Below are positions 61,881 through 64,000 of a stretch of 64,000 bases of DNA, one piece after another (position 1 is the first letter of the stretch; each line of letters starts with the position of its first letter). This stretch comes from Podarcis melisellensis (lineage: Eukaryota), in the NCBI GenBank assembly GCA_964234715.1, contig OZ174282.1; one strand, given 5' to 3'. Both the position numbers and the translations under genes were made by a program. Below the pieces are notes generated by a model. It made no database searches and was not told the origin of the DNA. It worked only from the letters and a program-made list of their open reading frames with translations.

Positions 61881-63016
61881 TCTTTTTTTATAATAATATT
61901 TATTAAAAGTTTATTTAAACAGTAAGAAAAACATGCAAAATAACATATAATTTATCAATATCCACATTTCATTCACCTCATTGGACTTCCTCACAACTCT
62001 CGTTCCTGCATTCCAAAATCTTTAACTTTACCCAGCAATTTATTACCTTGTTTCAATTCTTATAATATAGTTTTCCAAAATTATATCCCTAATTTTAGAT
62101 AATTTAGATCCCAACTTTAAAAACTTAAATTTTAACATAATATTTATCCAAAATTTATCTTTTCTTTTGATTACATTTATCTTCATATTCCTTTTAACTA
62201 ACTTATTGGTGCCGTATTGTTGCTAATCTTACATCTTTCTTAACATTCATACAATTTACAGTGTTTTTGTAAATAGTCCTTAAATTTCTTCCAATCCTCC
62301 TCCACGGCTTCTTCTCCCAGGTCTCGGATTCTGCCAGTCATTTCCGCCAGTTCCATATAGTCCATCAGTTGCATCTGCCATTCTTCCAGTGTGGGCAAAT
62401 CTTGGGTTTTCCAGTGTTTAGCAATGAGTATCCTTGCTGCAGGGACGCAGGTGGCGCTGTGGGTTAAAGCCTCAGCGCCTAGGACTTGCCGATCGAAAGG
62501 TCGGCGGTTCGAATCCCTGCGGCGGGGTGCGCTCCCGCTGCTCGGTCCCAGCGTCTGCCAACCTAGCAGTTCGAAAGCACCTCCGGGTGCAAGTAGATAA
62601 ATAGGGACCGCTTACTGGCGGGAAGGTAAACGGCGTTTCCGTGTGCGGCTCTGGCTCGCCAGAGCAGCGATGTCACGCTGGCCACGTGACCCGGAAGTGT
62701 CTCCGGACAGCACTGGCCCCTGGCCTCTTGAGTGAGATGGGCGCACAACCCCAGAGTCTGTCAAGACTGGCCCGTACGGGCAGGGGTACCTTTACCTTTA
62801 CCTATCCTTGCTGCTGTTGTTGCATACATAAAAAAAGTTCGGTCTTTCTTTAACACCCTCTGGCCGACAATGCCTAAAAGAAAGGCCTCTGGTTTCTTAG
62901 GAAAGGTATACTTAAATACCTTTTTCAGCTCATTATATATTATTTCCCAGAAAGCCTTGACTCTAGGGCAGGTCCACCAGAGGTGAAAGAACGTTCTTTC
63001 AGTTTCTTTACATTTC
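61881..63016 (-). mobile_element. 5'-truncated L1-clade LINE interrupted by a Sauria SINE
   Basis: KC...TFFHLWWTC...PEAFLLG; the ORF rejoins across the SINE (YATTAARILIAKHWK...LYEC*); TSD ATTACAGGCTCTACTTCT at 61863-61880 and 63017-63034. Confidence 0.92.
62441..62802 (+). mobile_element. Full-length Sauria SINE nested in L1
   Basis: GGGACGCAGGTGGCGCTGTGG head, (ACCTTT)n tail; TSD TATCCTTGCTGC at 62429-62440 and 62803-62814. Confidence 0.93.
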
Positions 63017-64000
63017 ATTACAGGCTCTACTTCTGAACAGTCTTGCAGTTTTAGAAATCTGCAACTCCCAAACCGACTTAATGAACATGTACAGTAGTGA
63101 TGGCCAAATCTGTCAGTTTCACTTTCTTTTAGTTTCTCATTTCCCCCTCCCCCATTTTTTAGGTTCAGTTCTCCACATTCTTCGGCATCCATTTAGTGAA
63201 ACTTTCTTCTAATATGCAATTTTGCCTGTACAAAATTCTGCCCAATATACAAAATTCTGCAAAACAATTTCCCCTAATATAAAACATTTCTGTGTCATTT
63301 TGAATAATATGTGCATTCTTTTGCACATTTCTTATGTGTTTGTGTATGTATTCCTTGGCTGCTGAACCGCATTGTAAAACTGAAAGAAGTGTGCATTTCT
63401 AAGGATGGCTGTGTTTTGGTTAGTGTATTGTTTTGGGAAATGTGAATCAAATTCTTCCTCCACACCAACCCTTCATAAGTTAAAATTACAAAATTCATAG
63501 TTTGGGGAACCTTTTTGTTTAGTCTAACTAGAGGTCAACTTAATGTGTTTTAGCTACTACTGAACATTCACAGGAGATCCCCTTCACACAGGAATACTTA
63601 AGAGAGTGGATTTCTCCTGCCTTTTCAAAGCAGGCGTATGGGAGAAACCTAGACTCTAGCAGAGTTGCCAGCTCCAGGTAGGACCAGGAAACAGACCTGT
63701 TAGACTGCTGGAGAGTCACTGCCAGTGTAGACAATACTTATCTGAATGGGCCAATGGCCTCACCTGGGATAAGGTACCTTCAACCTAAGTGCCACGGCTC
63801 ATTGGTTGAGCGCACAATTTGTGTCCAGAAGGTCCCAGGCTCCAATCCTTGGCATTTCCAGGTTGGACTGGAAAAGAAGAAGAAGAAGAAGAAGAGTTTG
63901 GATTTGATATCCCGCCTTTCACTCCCCTTCAGGAGTCTCAAAGCGGCTAACATTCTCCTTTCCCTTCCTCCCCCACAACAAACACTCTGTGAGGTGAGTG

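Noticed and set aside
47510-64000. PLCH2 PH-domain exons (VERCM...)
   Set aside because: I could not find them in this window; they presumably lie further 3'.

Overview
Vertebrate genomic DNA, almost certainly from a squamate (probably a lacertid lizard), judged from Sauria SINEs, BovB, CR1, L1 and MITE content. The window holds the conserved RER1(+)/PEX10(-)/PLCH2(+) block. All six coding exons of RER1 (196 aa) and of PEX10 (328 aa) can be read, plus a probable distal promoter, non-coding first exon and first coding exon of PLCH2. The main unexpected result is that the apparently empty interval between PEX10 and PLCH2 hides a multi-exon minus-strand gene that the ORF track does not show. Twelve splice-bounded exons from 22053 down to 16783 join phase-consistently into about 446 codons with only three internal stops. 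Further candidate exons run up to about 32.8 kb. The gene carries nonsense codons, three broken splice sites, a frameshift and a Rex1 retrotransposon inside a candidate exon, so it looks like an unprocessed (unitary) pseudogene of a protein I cannot name. The rest is dense transposon archaeology, including CR1-tailed SINEs with three different tRNA heads and several nested insertions with readable target-site duplications (TSDs).
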